Source of the DNA: Narcine bancroftii
Lineage: Eukaryota
Length of the DNA stretch: 64,000 bases
Assembly (NCBI RefSeq): GCF_036971445.1
Contig: NC_091469.1
Location: forward strand, 377,084,001-377,148,000
Reading direction: 5' to 3'
Position 1 is the first letter of the stretch; every line of letters begins with the position of its first letter. Positions 38,791 through 51,108 of this stretch are shown one piece after another. Position numbers and translations under genes: made by a program. The notes under the pieces were generated by a model, which saw nothing but the letters and a program-made list of their open reading frames with translations, was not told the origin of the DNA and ran no database searches.

Positions 38791-38959
38791 ACCTCCAGGA
38801 GATTTCGTGGACATGGAGCTTCTAGTATCTACAGTATCCTGTGTGGCCTTTTGCAATATGATATCTTGGGCTATCGAGGCAGAACATATATTGTTGGGCG
38901 CCACCATTCCCTATCTTCTTTTGCACAGACATGATCAATTCCCTAGATCCTTATCACAT

Positions 38960-39145
38960 CCAAGTAACACCTTTTGTTGGTCTGGATTCCTCCCCCACTG
39001 TTTGAATTCTCACTTTCTGCCTTTTCTGATTTTTACCTTGAAGAAGGACTCTGGCCTGAAACGTCAGCAATATATCTTAGTCAAAAGATCCTATAGATGC
39101 TGAATAAATCAGCTGAGTTTCTTAAGCATTTTGGTGTTTTTATTA
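38960..39145 (+). mobile_element. Penelope pLTR remnant with hammerhead-like core
   Basis: CCTTGAAGA-AGGACTCTGGCCT-GAAACGTC at 39036-39065, followed by GATGCTG..GCTGAGTTTC..AGCATTTT. Confidence 0.55.
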
Positions 39146-39569
39146 CAGTCAGCATAATGTGCATGTGAAAAGGGACCGTTTCTGTACGATTCTAATGAAG
39201 TCAAACTTGTAACCCTTGAACCTTGACAACTTATGTATCAGGACCCGTGAAAAGGGAGTGTATTGAAAAAAGCATAGAGTATTATTGAAAAGCAAGTAAA
39301 ACTGAAAAGAGAGATATTTGGACCTCAAGACATCCAAAGGTAATGAAGTTCTTTTACAGTATTATCACTAATGAAATATGGAGAAATGCAGGAGGCAACT
39401 TAATTCAGAGCAAAGTGTGTAATGTCCTGGTCATTTGTCATGATGCATGTTCACAACAACTGTTAATTAGACCACCAATAAAAGTGGTCTGTTCAGTCAC
39501 ATCTCATATGTAAAATCTTACATTTAACAAAGCAATCCCTTGTTTCTTCAACAAGGTATTGACTGGAAT

Positions 39570-41170
39570 TCTGTTCAGATCAGAATCAGAATTTATTGTC
39601 ATCAACAAGTCACGAAATTCGTGGTTTTGTGGCAGCATCACCACGCTTTAGTTGCCCATTCAGAGCCAGCTCTTCAGCGCTTGACGTCCTGCTTTGCGGA
39701 AACTGCCAAAATGTTTGGCCTGGAAGTCAGCCTGAAGAAAACTGAGGTCCTCCATCAGCCAGCTCCCCACCATGACTACCAGCCCCCCCACATCTCCATC
39801 GGGCACACAAAACTCAAAACGGTCAACCAGTTTACCTATCTCGGCTGCACCATTTCATCAGATGCAAGGATCGACAATGAGATAGACAACAGACTCGCCA
39901 AGGCAAATAGCGCCTTTGGAAGACTACACAAAAGAGTCTGGAAAAACAACCAACTGAAAAACCTCACAAAGATAAGCGTATACAGAGCCGTTGTCATACC
40001 CACACTCCTGTTCGGCTCCGAATCATGGGTCCTCTACCGGCACCACCTACGGCTCCTAGAACGCTTCCACCAGCGTTGTCTCCGCTCCATCCTCAACATC
40101 CATTGGAGCGCTCACACCCCTAACGTCGAGGTACTCGAGATGGCAGAGGTCGACAGCATCGAGTCCACGCTGCTGAAGATCCAGCTGCGCTGGATGGGTC
40201 ACGTCTCCAGAATGGAGGACCATCGCCTTCCCAAGATCGTATTATATGGCGAGCTCTCCACTGGCCACCGTGACAGAGGTGCACCAAAGAAAAGGTACAA
40301 GGACTGCCTAAAGAAATCTCTTGGTGCCTGCCACATTGACCACCGCCAGTGGGCTGATAACGCCTCAAACCGTGCATCTTGGCGCCTCACAGTTTGGCGG
40401 GCAGCAGCCTCCTTTGAAGAAGACCGCAGAGCCCACCTCACTGAAAAAAGGCAAAGGAGGAAAAACCCAACACCCAACCCCAACCAACCAATTTTCCCTT
40501 GCAACCGCTGCAATCGTGTCTGCCTGTCCCGCATCGGACTGGTCAGCCACAAACGAGCCTGCAGCTGACGTGGACTTTTTTACCCCCTCCATAAATCTTC
40601 GTCCGCGAAGCCAAGCCAAAGACAAGACAAAAGACCATGCAAACATTCATATGTTCACCTTACAACAATAAATAAAAACAGTACATGAAAAGTCAAAGTA
40701 AGGCAGTGTCTTTGGTTTATTGATCATTCAGGAATCTGATGGCAGAGGGAAAGAAGCTGTGCTTGTGCTGAGTGCTCATCTTTTAGCTCCTGTAACTTTT
40801 TCCCGATGGTAGCAGAGTTAAGAGGGCATGGCCTGTGTGGTGGGGGTCCTTGAGAATAGATGCAGCTTTCTTAAGACACCGCCTCTTATAGATGTCCTCG
40901 ATGGAGTGAAGTCTGGTGCCTGGGATGTCGTAGGCCGAGTTATCAAGCTTCTGGAGTTTTTTTAAATTGTCCTGAACATTGTTGCCTCCAGACCAGACAG
41001 CGATGCAACCAGCCAGAAAACTTTACATGAGATATCTGTTGAGGTTTTCTAGAGTATTTGGTGACATACCAAATCTCCTCAAACACCTCACAAAGTATAG
41101 CTGCTGGGGAGCCTTCTTTGTGGTTGCATTGACATGGAGGCTCCAGGACAGATCCTCGGAGATGTCTGTG
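39570..41170 (-). mobile_element. Rex1/Babar LINE 3' part, interrupted by RTE copy 2
   Basis: (TCAGAA)n tail at 39574-39590; ISEDLSWSLHVNATTKKAPQQLYFVRCLRRFGMSPNTL at 41023-41170. Confidence 0.8.
39644..40633 (+). mobile_element. RTE-clade LINE copy 2, 5'-truncated
   Basis: Nearly identical to 30980-31955; possible 4-bp TSD ACCA (39640-39643, 40634-40637). Confidence 0.95.
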
Positions 41171-41269
41171 AAGTTGGAATTGTATACATGATCTTCTAAC
41201 CCAGGCGTGAGAAAAGCAATCAGTTCAAAGGTAAACAACCCTTAGTGAATAAATTAATTCTTTTTCAAA

Positions 41270-42240
41270 ATATATTCAAAGTTCAAGTTTATTGTGAGTA
41301 CATACATAACATCACATACAACAATCCTTAGATTCTTTTACTTATGTGCCTGGCAGAATCTCTACTTATTGGTAACTGTAAATTGCTCAAGAAAAAAGAT
41401 ATGTATACAAAAGTGAGAAATGTAAACAAAGAAAGTGATGCACATAAACTGACTGCAATACAGAAAAAAAATATTAATTTATAAATTATGTGCAAAGTAA
41501 GAGTCCTTAAATGAGTCTCTGATTGAGTTTGTTGTTGTGGAGTCTGATGGTGGAGGGGTGGCAGCTGTTCCTAGACCTGGTGGTATGTGATTTGTGGTAC
41601 CTATACCTCTTTCCTTTTGACAGCAGCAAGAACAGGGTATCTTGGGTGGTGTGGATCCTTGATAATTGCTGCTGCTCTCTGCTGGCAGCGTTCCATGTAG
41701 GTTTTCTCCATGGTGGGGAGAGCTTTGCCTGTGATATACTGGGCTGTGTCCACTACCTTTTGCAGGGTTTTCCACTCAGAGATAGTGGTACCCCACACTA
41801 TGCCACAATTTCCACTACACATCTGTGGACGTTTGCCAAGGTTTTTAATGTCATACCGAACCTCCCCAAATTCCTGAGGAAGTAGAGGCACTGATGTGCT
41901 GTCTTCACAATATCATTAATATATTGGGTCCAGGAAAGGTCCTCTGAGATAGTGACTCTAAGGAATTTAAATTTGCTCACCCTCTCCACCTCTGATTCTC
42001 CCAATGATAATATTGCTCTGGTTTTCCTTTCCCAATGACATTGAGTGAGAAGTTGTTGTTAGTACATCATTCTGCCAACTTTTCAATCTCCCTCCTGTCT
42101 GCTGACTCATTGCTTCTTTAATACAGCCCACTACTGTGGTATCATCAGCAAATTTGTAGTCATACTAAGCCCCAGAGTCGTAGGTGTAAAGTGAGTAGAA
42201 CAGGGAGCTAAGTATGCAGCCCTTTGGTGCTCTGGTGCTA
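41270..42240 (-). mobile_element. Rex1/Babar LINE fragment
   Basis: EVERVSKFKFLRVTISEDLSWTQYINDIVKTAHQCLYFLRNLGRFGM; LQKVVDTAQYITG..IIKDPHHP. Confidence 0.8.
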
Positions 42241-42614
42241 AAATGTAAGATGAGAAAGTCAGCATGCCTTTTTTTCCACCTAATGACAAATTGTTTCACA
42301 CTGGAATGTTTCACACTTCAAACATAACAGGAAGAATAGCTAAATATACCTGAGAATTTTAAATATTCTATAATCATTTAGAGTCGAGGAAAACTAATTT
42401 CAAGCTATTTTTGTAATATAAAGAGTACAGGCAAGATTGCACTAGATTGATTCCTGGGGTGACAAGTTTGTTGTCTGAAGAGAGATTAAGCAGACTGTGT
42501 GCCTCTAAACACTTCTGCTTAGTAAAATGAAATGTGATCTATGTGAAACATACAGAATTATCATGGGGCTTAAACCTTGGATGCGGAGTTGATGCTTCCC
42601 TGATTATGGTGGCT

Positions 42615-43930
42615 AAAATCAGAAACAGAATTTATTGTCATGAACATGTCATGAATTTTGTTTTGTTTAGTGGCAGCATTACAATTGAAAAATAAATAAA
42701 CAGTGCAAGAAAATAGGATAAAGTGAGGTGGTGTCTGTGGTTCTTTGTCCAGAAATCTGATGGCAGGGGGAAGAAGCTGTCCTTGTGCCGTTGGGTGCTT
42801 GTCTTCAGGTTCCTGTACCTTTTTCTGATGGTAGTAGTGTGAAGAGGTCATGGTCTTGGTGGTGGACGACATTGATAGAGGCTGCTTTCTTTAGGCAGCG
42901 CCTCTTGTAGATGTCCTTGATGCAGTGAAGACTGGTGCCTGTGATGTTGTTGGTCGAGTTCACAACACTCTGGAGCTGTCCTGGGCATTGGTACCTTCAC
43001 ACCAGAAAGTAATGAAACCAAACAGAATGCTCCCCACGGTACACCTGTAGAAATTTTCTAGAATCTTTGGTGACATACCAAATCTCCTCAAACTCCTCAA
43101 AGTATAGCTGCTGTCAAGCCTTCTTCATGATTGCATCAGCAGGGTGTCCCAGGACATATCATCAGATGACACCCAGGAATTTGAAGTTCTTGACCCTCTC
43201 CACTACTGACCACACAATGAGGACTGGACATGTTCTCCTGTCCACAATCAGTTCCTTGGTTTTGCTAATGTTGAGTGCAAGGTTTTGTTGTGACACCACC
43301 CAACTAGCTGATCAATCTCCCTCCTGTATGCTTCCTTATTGCCATTTGTGATTCTGCCGATGTCTACCGTGTCATTGGCAGATTTGAAGATGGCATTTGA
43401 ATTCTGCCTAGGCACATAGTCATCGGTGAAGAGAGAGTAGAACAGAGGCTTAGCATGCCTTCTTGAGGTCTGCCTGTGTTGATTGTTACATTATTTCCAA
43501 TTCATACTGATGGTGGTCTTTTGATGAAGAAGTCAAGAATCCAATTGCAGAGGTGAGTACAAATGCCCAGGATTTGGAGCTTGTTGATCAGCCCTGAGGG
43601 AATGATGGTGTTGAAGTCTGAGCTGTAGTCAATGAAGAGTAGCCGGATGTATGTGTTGCTCTTGTCTAGATGATCCAGAGCTGAGTGGGAAGCCAATTAT
43701 ATTGCATCTGCTGTGGAGCGATTGTGATGGTAGGTGAATTTCAGTGGGCAAAGATCTTTAATTAGGTACGTATTAATTCTGGCCATGACCAACCTCTCAG
43801 AATATTTCATCACAGTAGATGTGAGTGCTACTGGGTGATAATCATTGAGGCAGCTCACCCTGCTCTTTTCGGGCACCAAGATGATTGGTGCCCTTTTGAA
43901 ATAGGTGGGAACCTCCAACTGCAGCACCGA
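42615..43930 (-). mobile_element. Rex1/Babar LINE fragment
   Basis: VPTYFKRAPIILVPEKSRVSCLNDYHPVALTSTVMK..STADAI; [29 protein letters not shown]. Confidence 0.85.
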
Positions 43931-46283
43931 GTCATTACAGTCTTGAATTAAGAGGTGGGGTGCTCAGGCTAAATGCAAGCTATCGGAGGACCCCATTTGG
44001 TCGGATAGCATCAGTGAGAGAAAAGGGGTTGTTTGCTATTTCAAGCTGAAACTCGTCACCTTGTCAGACAAGGCTTGTCTTGATGAAGTGTTTTGCCTGG
44101 AAATGTCAACCATTTTTCTCCCACTGATGCAGCTTGACCCACTGAGTTCCTCCAGCAGCGTGTGATTAGATTATTTCAGAGTGTATCTAGTTTTCCCAGC
44201 TCTACTTATTCCTATTGTGTACTCACTCTGCTTTGAATCAGCTTTAGACTCATTTAAACTTGCTGCTGTCCCAGAAACAAATCTCTTATTTATGTCTTTT
44301 CCACCCAGAGCTATCCACAATCCATGCCACTTTTGATGCCTTCATCCTTTAATTATTTCAGATTTTCCAGTCCCTGTATGATTTCCTTCTGTACATCTAT
44401 TATCAAGTTATTCTTTGGTTTGAATGGTTCTTCCTTACAATATGGCCAATTGGACCTTGCTGACAACCATGTTCCTGTTCCAATCGAATGTATGCTTATA
44501 AAGAAGTTTCTTCTGATTGTATTTTCATCCTCTAGGGATCAGGTGTTTCTTCCAATTTTGCCCACCTTTGTTTCAATTCTACCCTATTTCCCAATAACTT
44601 TATTTATGCTTCATATATCCTTGAAATTGCTTTCCACATAGTTGCTCTGATTTTTCTATTGCCTTTCTGGAATTTACTTTTAACTGTATCAATAGGCTTC
44701 TGGTTATGTTCCCCCAACAATTACTTTAGTTTATGCTTTATGTTTACCCATCTAGCTTCCTGTTACAATGTTTTGATCTCTCACTCCTTTATTTCAATTT
44801 TTTTTAAATTGCTTTCAAAAATTTACATTTAGCTGGCCACTTGATGGCTCTGTGGAGTTAGTCTTTTGACGTCTATCTGCAACCACGTCATTATTTCACT
44901 GTGTGGAACATTATGGACCATTTACTGGAACTGAATTCAAATAGAGTAAGTGGAAGTCATTTTAATAATTGTTACAAAGGAGATTTTTTTCAATGCCACT
45001 ATCTGATTTTGTCTTCTGTGAACGAAGTTTACATATGTATGTCACAAAATTCAGCTCCTATGATGGCTTTTTGAAGGAAGTACATAATCTTCCCAGTATC
45101 TGGCTGTCGATTTTCCACATTTTTTAGGATTCACAAAAAATTACTTTCATCAAAATAATGAATGGAGAATAAATGAGTGACAATAATTCTCAGAATATGA
45201 AAGCATTGTAGGAATATGCAATCATCCTTTTTCATGTAAACAGCTGTTTTTTTTTAAATCTGCCAAAATATTAAGCACCTTTTATTATTGCTGTTACTGC
45301 TTCAAAAACACACAGAATGTGTTTACCAACCTGTGTTTTTTCCTGCATCAGACATTTTGTTCATTTTTCTTTTTTGTAAGTTTTCAAATTTGAAGACATT
45401 AAACCATTTCTTATTGCAGCTATCTTGTATTCATATTTATATTAGCAAATCAATGGATTCCAAGCAATTCACCAGATTATTTTGAAACAGGATCAATAGT
45501 TTAATCACACAAACCCTCACAGATCAGATATTATGTTAATAAGTGCATTTTTGTTCAAATATACATGAATGATATTTTTAATGTAATGTACTGTAATTTT
45601 GACTCTTTTTGCTATATATTTATTAGCATTCTCTCCCATACATTAGGTGTCTTGTTCTTACACAAAGAAAGAAATTAGAATTTGAATGGTTATAACGCAA
45701 CTTCTGATTGGACTGTCATTGGATATAGATGATAGATTGTAGGTTATCTATGTGTAAATGACATACTTCTTCAGAATCAATGTTGATTGCATTCTGTGAT
45801 AGTTAACAAAACCTCTGTGGTATTGCCACAGCTGAGGTAAAAGGTGCTTGACATGAGGGTAATTTGGAAGGTGATCCCTCTTTCCACCATTATTTCAGGA
45901 CATCTGAGTGCTCCCATTGAAGGGACTGAAAGGTTTTTCTCCATTCTTCATGGGCCAGGGATTCCTACAAGTTGCTGGGGTTCTAATACTTGGATAACTT
46001 GCACACCTACACAACAAACACCTGTCTTTCTTTTTCAATTTTTTTAAATTGGTTTTTATAAAAAATACAGTACAATTAAGAAAAGGGAACAATGCCTGTC
46101 TAGAAAAAACTCAGTGTGATTGCAAACTCCAGAACAAGCATGCTTCATCTATCTCAGGAAAAGCAGACTTAAACAATGGTTTCAATTTTTTGGGAACCTT
46201 GTTATCTAATGTAGGACTTTTTAAAATGCAAAACAAACAAATGACATTTTAATTCCAGTCTTCAAACAACTTATTAGTATCAT

Positions 46284-47182
46284 TGGAAGTCAGCCTGAAG
46301 AAAACGGAGGTCCTCCATCAGCCAGCTCCCCACCATGACTACCAGCCCCCCCACATCTCCATCGGGCACACAAAACTCAAAACGGTCAACCAGTTTACCT
46401 ATCTCGGCTGCACCATTTCATCAGATGCAAGGATCGACAACGAGATAGACAACAGACTCGCCAAGGCAAATAGCGCCTTTGGAAGACTACACAAAAGAGT
46501 CTGGAAAAACAACCAACTGAAAAACCTCACAAAGATTAGCATATACAGAGCCGTTGTCATACCCACACTCCTGCTCGGCTCCGAATCATGGGTCCTCTAC
46601 CGGCATCACCTACGGCTCCTAGAACACTTCCACCAGCGTTGTCTCCACTCCATCCTCAACATTCATTGGAGCGACTTCATCTCCAACATCGAAGTACTCG
46701 AGATGGCAGAGGCCGACAGCATCAAATCCATGCTGAAGATCAAACTGCGCTGGGTAGATCACGTCTCCAGAATGGAGGAATATTGCCTTCCCAAGATCAT
46801 GTTCTATGGCGAGCTCTCCACTGGCCACCGAGACAGAGGTGCACCAAAGAAGAGGTACAAGGACTGCCTAAAGAAAGCTCTTGGTGCCTGCCACATTGAC
46901 AATCGCCAGTGGGTTGATATCGCCTCAAACCGTGCATCTTGGCGCCTCACAGTTCGGCGGGCAGCAACCTCCTTTGAAGAAGACCGCAGAGCCCACCTCA
47001 CTGTCAAAAGACAAAGGAGGAAAAACCCAACACCCAACCCCAATCAACCAATTTTCCCCTGCAACCGCTGCAACTGTCCCGCATCGGACTTGTCAGCCAC
47101 AAACGAGCCTGCAGCTGACGTGGACATTACCCCTCCATAAATCTTCGTCCGCGAAGCCAAGCCAAAGAAAGAAAAAAGAAAG
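46284..47182 (+). mobile_element. RTE-clade LINE copy 3 (more diverged)
   Basis: Same family as copies 1 and 2 with substitutions and small deletions; GAAA-rich tail. Confidence 0.93.
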
Positions 47183-50100
47183 TTTCAAGAACAGCATTAT
47201 ACTGGATGAATATTAAATATTGACGTGGAGTGCTTTTTGACAAACCGAATAGGTGGTTGGAGGCTCAATTTAATATTTCATTTTGAAAGCCCAGACATGA
47301 TCATGAGCAATTCATTTGCACCACCTGGTTATGTGTGCCAGACTTTAGTAGAGTTTGAATATAGAACTTTTGGATTCAGCACTAATTTTTTTTGCATTTT
47401 GATATTTTGTCCTGGCAGTAGGTTAAAATGCAGTAGGTTAACTTGCAGTGTTTTGCCTTCAAGGTAGGTTAAGGCATTTGTACTGGTGTACAATCTAAAT
47501 CACCTAAAAGCTTGAAGATTTGGATATCTGTCTCTACAACTTAAAAGACATTTCAATCAAAAAATTATGTTTCACATAATTGCATACATAGTGCAGGTGT
47601 ATTTAATTAATGTAATTAATTTGCAAATGCTTTGAGGGAAATTTTGTCAAGCGGAATTTTATAAATCGGGAAGGCTGGACAAATTGCACTCTGGAAGTTT
47701 TGGCTCACTGCATTCTTCTGCACAGAGAGTAAAGATACATAAACCAAGAGCCAATGGTTTTACAAAAAAAAATTGTAAATTGAATGTTCCTAGGTTAACC
47801 TGTTCTAAATTTTTTAATGTTATTTTTTTTCTTTTTCTTTGATATGGTGGTAGTGTGTCCTATTCCCAATAAAGTTGATCAGTGAATGATTTGTTATCCA
47901 GTCCGACTTAAGCCTCCTTTAACACTAGTCTAAAAATATCTGCAAATGAATTTCTTGCTTTGGGGAAATAATTTAGTGGCTGTAGTTCACTTATTAGATC
48001 CAAGAGGAATAATGGACAAACAATATTGAAAGGATGAGAAGCAAGCTAAACAATTTACTTCATTTCAAAGTTCAGTAACAGATCTCATGAAATAAGAATT
48101 TTAACTGTGTAATTGCAATCTGAGCATTTCTGCTAATTGACATGTAATTCATTCCTGACTAATGTGAAAATACAGATTGGCATTAATTTATTTTTGAAAA
48201 ACGTTTTTGAAATAAATTAAGGCCTTTGGAATTTAATGAAATACAGCATCCCAGTGACAAGGGATCTAAATCTCACTCTTGCTATTCTCATATGAAGTTG
48301 TTTTAATTCCATTTCAATGAGATGAAATTAGTATTAATACATAATGAGCAAGAAGTACAGATGAGTCTTCACAATCAGATACTATACTTTGCTTCACTTC
48401 ATTTTAAGGTGATCTTTCAAGTTGCAATCCAATCCACACATTTGTCAGAAGGAAGCTGCTTCCTTGTATAAAAGATCATTATTGCTGTGTAAACATGAAC
48501 AGCAAATTTTGGTCGGGCATTCCGCCACAGGAGGATCATTCACCGTCTCAATGCACACGTCACTACAGGGCCATGCACGTGAACCTGCACAAGAGTTTAA
48601 CTTGATAGTGATGAAAATCAAGAAGTTTTGCTAATTTGTTTCAGTTTCCTAACTGAAGGCATTTAGAAAACAGAGGACTTCTGCTCAGGTTTACAGGATT
48701 ATACTTAGAGGAACAAAAGGTCAAATGTGGTTGGGTATAGATGATTAGTACATTCAGTTCATAGCCCACACTTTTATTCTCACTAATCTCTGCATCCACA
48801 TTCCAAATAAATGTCACATTCACCCACTGCAATTAATGATGATTGAATTAATCCCTTTGAATATTCCTAGTCCATAGAGTGGATAAAGATCATAAAGTGT
48901 TGATGTTTTATTATCAAATCTAACCAAAAGGAGAGCAGTTTTACAGCATCTGTTATTTGAAAGAGCCAACCAGCTTCATTAAAACAAGCTGCCTTTTATT
49001 ATTAGATATCTATAAGTCCTTTGGAATAAATATCTCCAATGACCTGGACTGGGGCAAGCATTTTGACACGAAGGTGAAAAATTAATAAAGCACACCAGAG
49101 TCTTTGTTTTCTTTGAAGTTTCTTTTCGGGTGTGTTTGGCATGCTCCCCATCCCTCAACAACTTCGACAGACCTGCCATCAAAAACATACTTGCTGAATG
49201 CATCAAAACTGGACATGGGAGCTGGTTTTCTCAAGCTACAGAAGGTAGTGGATGCAGCTCAGAACATAATTCCTCATCTTCAAGGCCTTCAAATACCTCT
49301 CCCGTTGCCTAGGAAAGACAGGCAACATAATGAAGGACTCCCATTGCCCCAAAGCAAACTTTTTTCTTACTTCCTCCATTGGGAGAAGGCTCAAGAGTGT
49401 GAGAGAACTCAGCAACAGGCTTAAAGACAATTTCTTCCCCCCCCACCCCCCAGCCATCTGGCTCCTGAATGAACCCCATAACATTGCTGTTCTTGCCTGG
49501 TGCTTAATTGATCTTTCTTTTTACATTGTAACTCCATATACTCCAGAAATTGTGCACTTCACCTGGGGGGTAAAGATGTTAGAGATAACCATCCAAAGAA
49601 AGCATCAGTATAATGTGACCAATAAACTTAGACACAGCAAATCATCTTTGTAAGAGTTTATATCGAATGTTTCCCCCTCTGTTTTCACATTCCAGGCCAT
49701 GCTAATGTGCCCATTAAACAAGTCTAACATTATTTTATATACAAAGATAAATGATGGTTATGTTTTTGGTTTAATATTTACTCCAGTAAATTTGAAAAGG
49801 ATTTATTTTTTTCCTATTCTGTACTACGAATACTTTAATCACTTAAAACTTGTCCTCGTTTGTAGTAATGCAGTTTATTTATTCCATTCATTCGTCAATT
49901 TCTGAATAAAACCATCTGATACATGCTTTTTATTCTTTTTACTGAATAATTTACATTGTTTAATTTAAAACAAGTAATGCAAATATTAAGTTCCAAAAGA
50001 AACCCACATTCAAAAAACAATTAGAAACATTTGAAATTATTTACATTAAAATTATTTTGAAACACATTCTGATAACTTTTGATTTAGTTTCTATGGGGAG

Positions 50101-50343
50101 ATTTGATCAACTTTTGTTTCATAAAAAAACCCAACTCACTAACCATTTGGAAATCTGAAATCACAAAGGTGAGACGATGGACCTTTTGTAGCTTCATGCA
50201 GTTTGTTTTGCTTCTTGGCTTGAGGAAACTTGTTTTTTATATCTATTGATAAAGTTTGCCTTTCTCTCCATTTCTGGCAGGATGGTTTGGGACACGTTAG
50301 TTTTCCGTCGCAGTGGCATCCAAGGGTTAGTGGGCGAGTCCAG

Positions 50344-51108
50344 TCAGGCAAGGTTGGCGGCGCCAACGGAGAGCACGACTGCGGCGAGAGCCGCCGTGCA
50401 GAGCAGCATGGTGGTGAGACACTTGCCTGGAACGCAGCACCACCAACCGCGCCTCTCCTCGTCCACCGACAGCAGGGCCACCGAGGAGGCGTCGTTGCTC
50501 AACACCGAATGGTAAGCATCTCCCTTGGCTTCCACCGTCCACCTGAGCACGTTCACCTTCAACTCCATGTTCTCCACCATCCTGTCCACCTTCTCGATCT
50601 GCTCCTGCAGTTCCTTCTGCTCCAGATTCGACACGTCCAACGTCGTGTCGTGGACTATGTTCTGGACGCTGAGCGCCCGGGCTGCCACTTCCGAAGTGCC
50701 CCCTGAGATCCCGGTCTGGATCAGGGGTTTCTCGGTGCCGGTCAAGGGGAAACCCTGCCCCAGCTCTAACACCTTGCACATGTCCACCTGAAACAACTCT
50801 AGACTGGAGGAGAAGATGACCCAGAGGCGCTCGGTCTCCGCTCTCTCCTCTCTGCCCAGGTTCTTGTCCCGGAGCATCGCCGTCAATTTGTTCCTGATCA
50901 CCACGGCCAGATGTTGGGTTTTCTCCCTGGTTTTCCTCAACTCATCCCGCAGACTGACCGAGTCGGACGACCCTCCGACACCTCGGGCCAGGTGCCTGTA
51001 ACACCCCGTTACCTTGTTCAGAGAGTCCACCAGTACCGTGCAGTCGTCCCTAGCCTTGGCCAAGCCCGCCGTGCCTTCATCTGCTACCTTGATGTTCTGG
51101 ATCGGCAT
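50344..51108 (-). CDS. RGS9BP: Regulator of G-protein signaling 9-binding protein (R9AP)-family protein, single exon, 254 aa
   Basis: Family motifs LNKVTGCYRHL..VGGSSDS..LRDELRKTREK, ERLWVIFSSSLELFQVDM, LIQTG..EVAARALS, IEKVDRMVENMELKVNVLRWTVE, then a Cys-rich segment and hydrophobic C-terminal tail anchor. Kozak GCCATGC; AATAAA at 49934-49929. Which paralog is uncertain. Confidence 0.93.
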   Translation of the reverse strand: MPIQNIKVADEGTAGLAKARDDCTVLVDSLNKVTGCYRHLARGVGGSSDSVSLRDELRKTREKTQHLAVVIRNKLTAMLRDKNLGREERAETERLWVIFSSSLELFQVDMCKVLELGQGFPLTGTEKPLIQTGISGGTSEVAARALSVQNIVHDTTLDVSNLEQKELQEQIEKVDRMVENMELKVNVLRWTVEAKGDAYHSVLSNDASSVALLSVDEERRGWWCCVPGKCLTTMLLCTAALAAVVLSVGAANLA

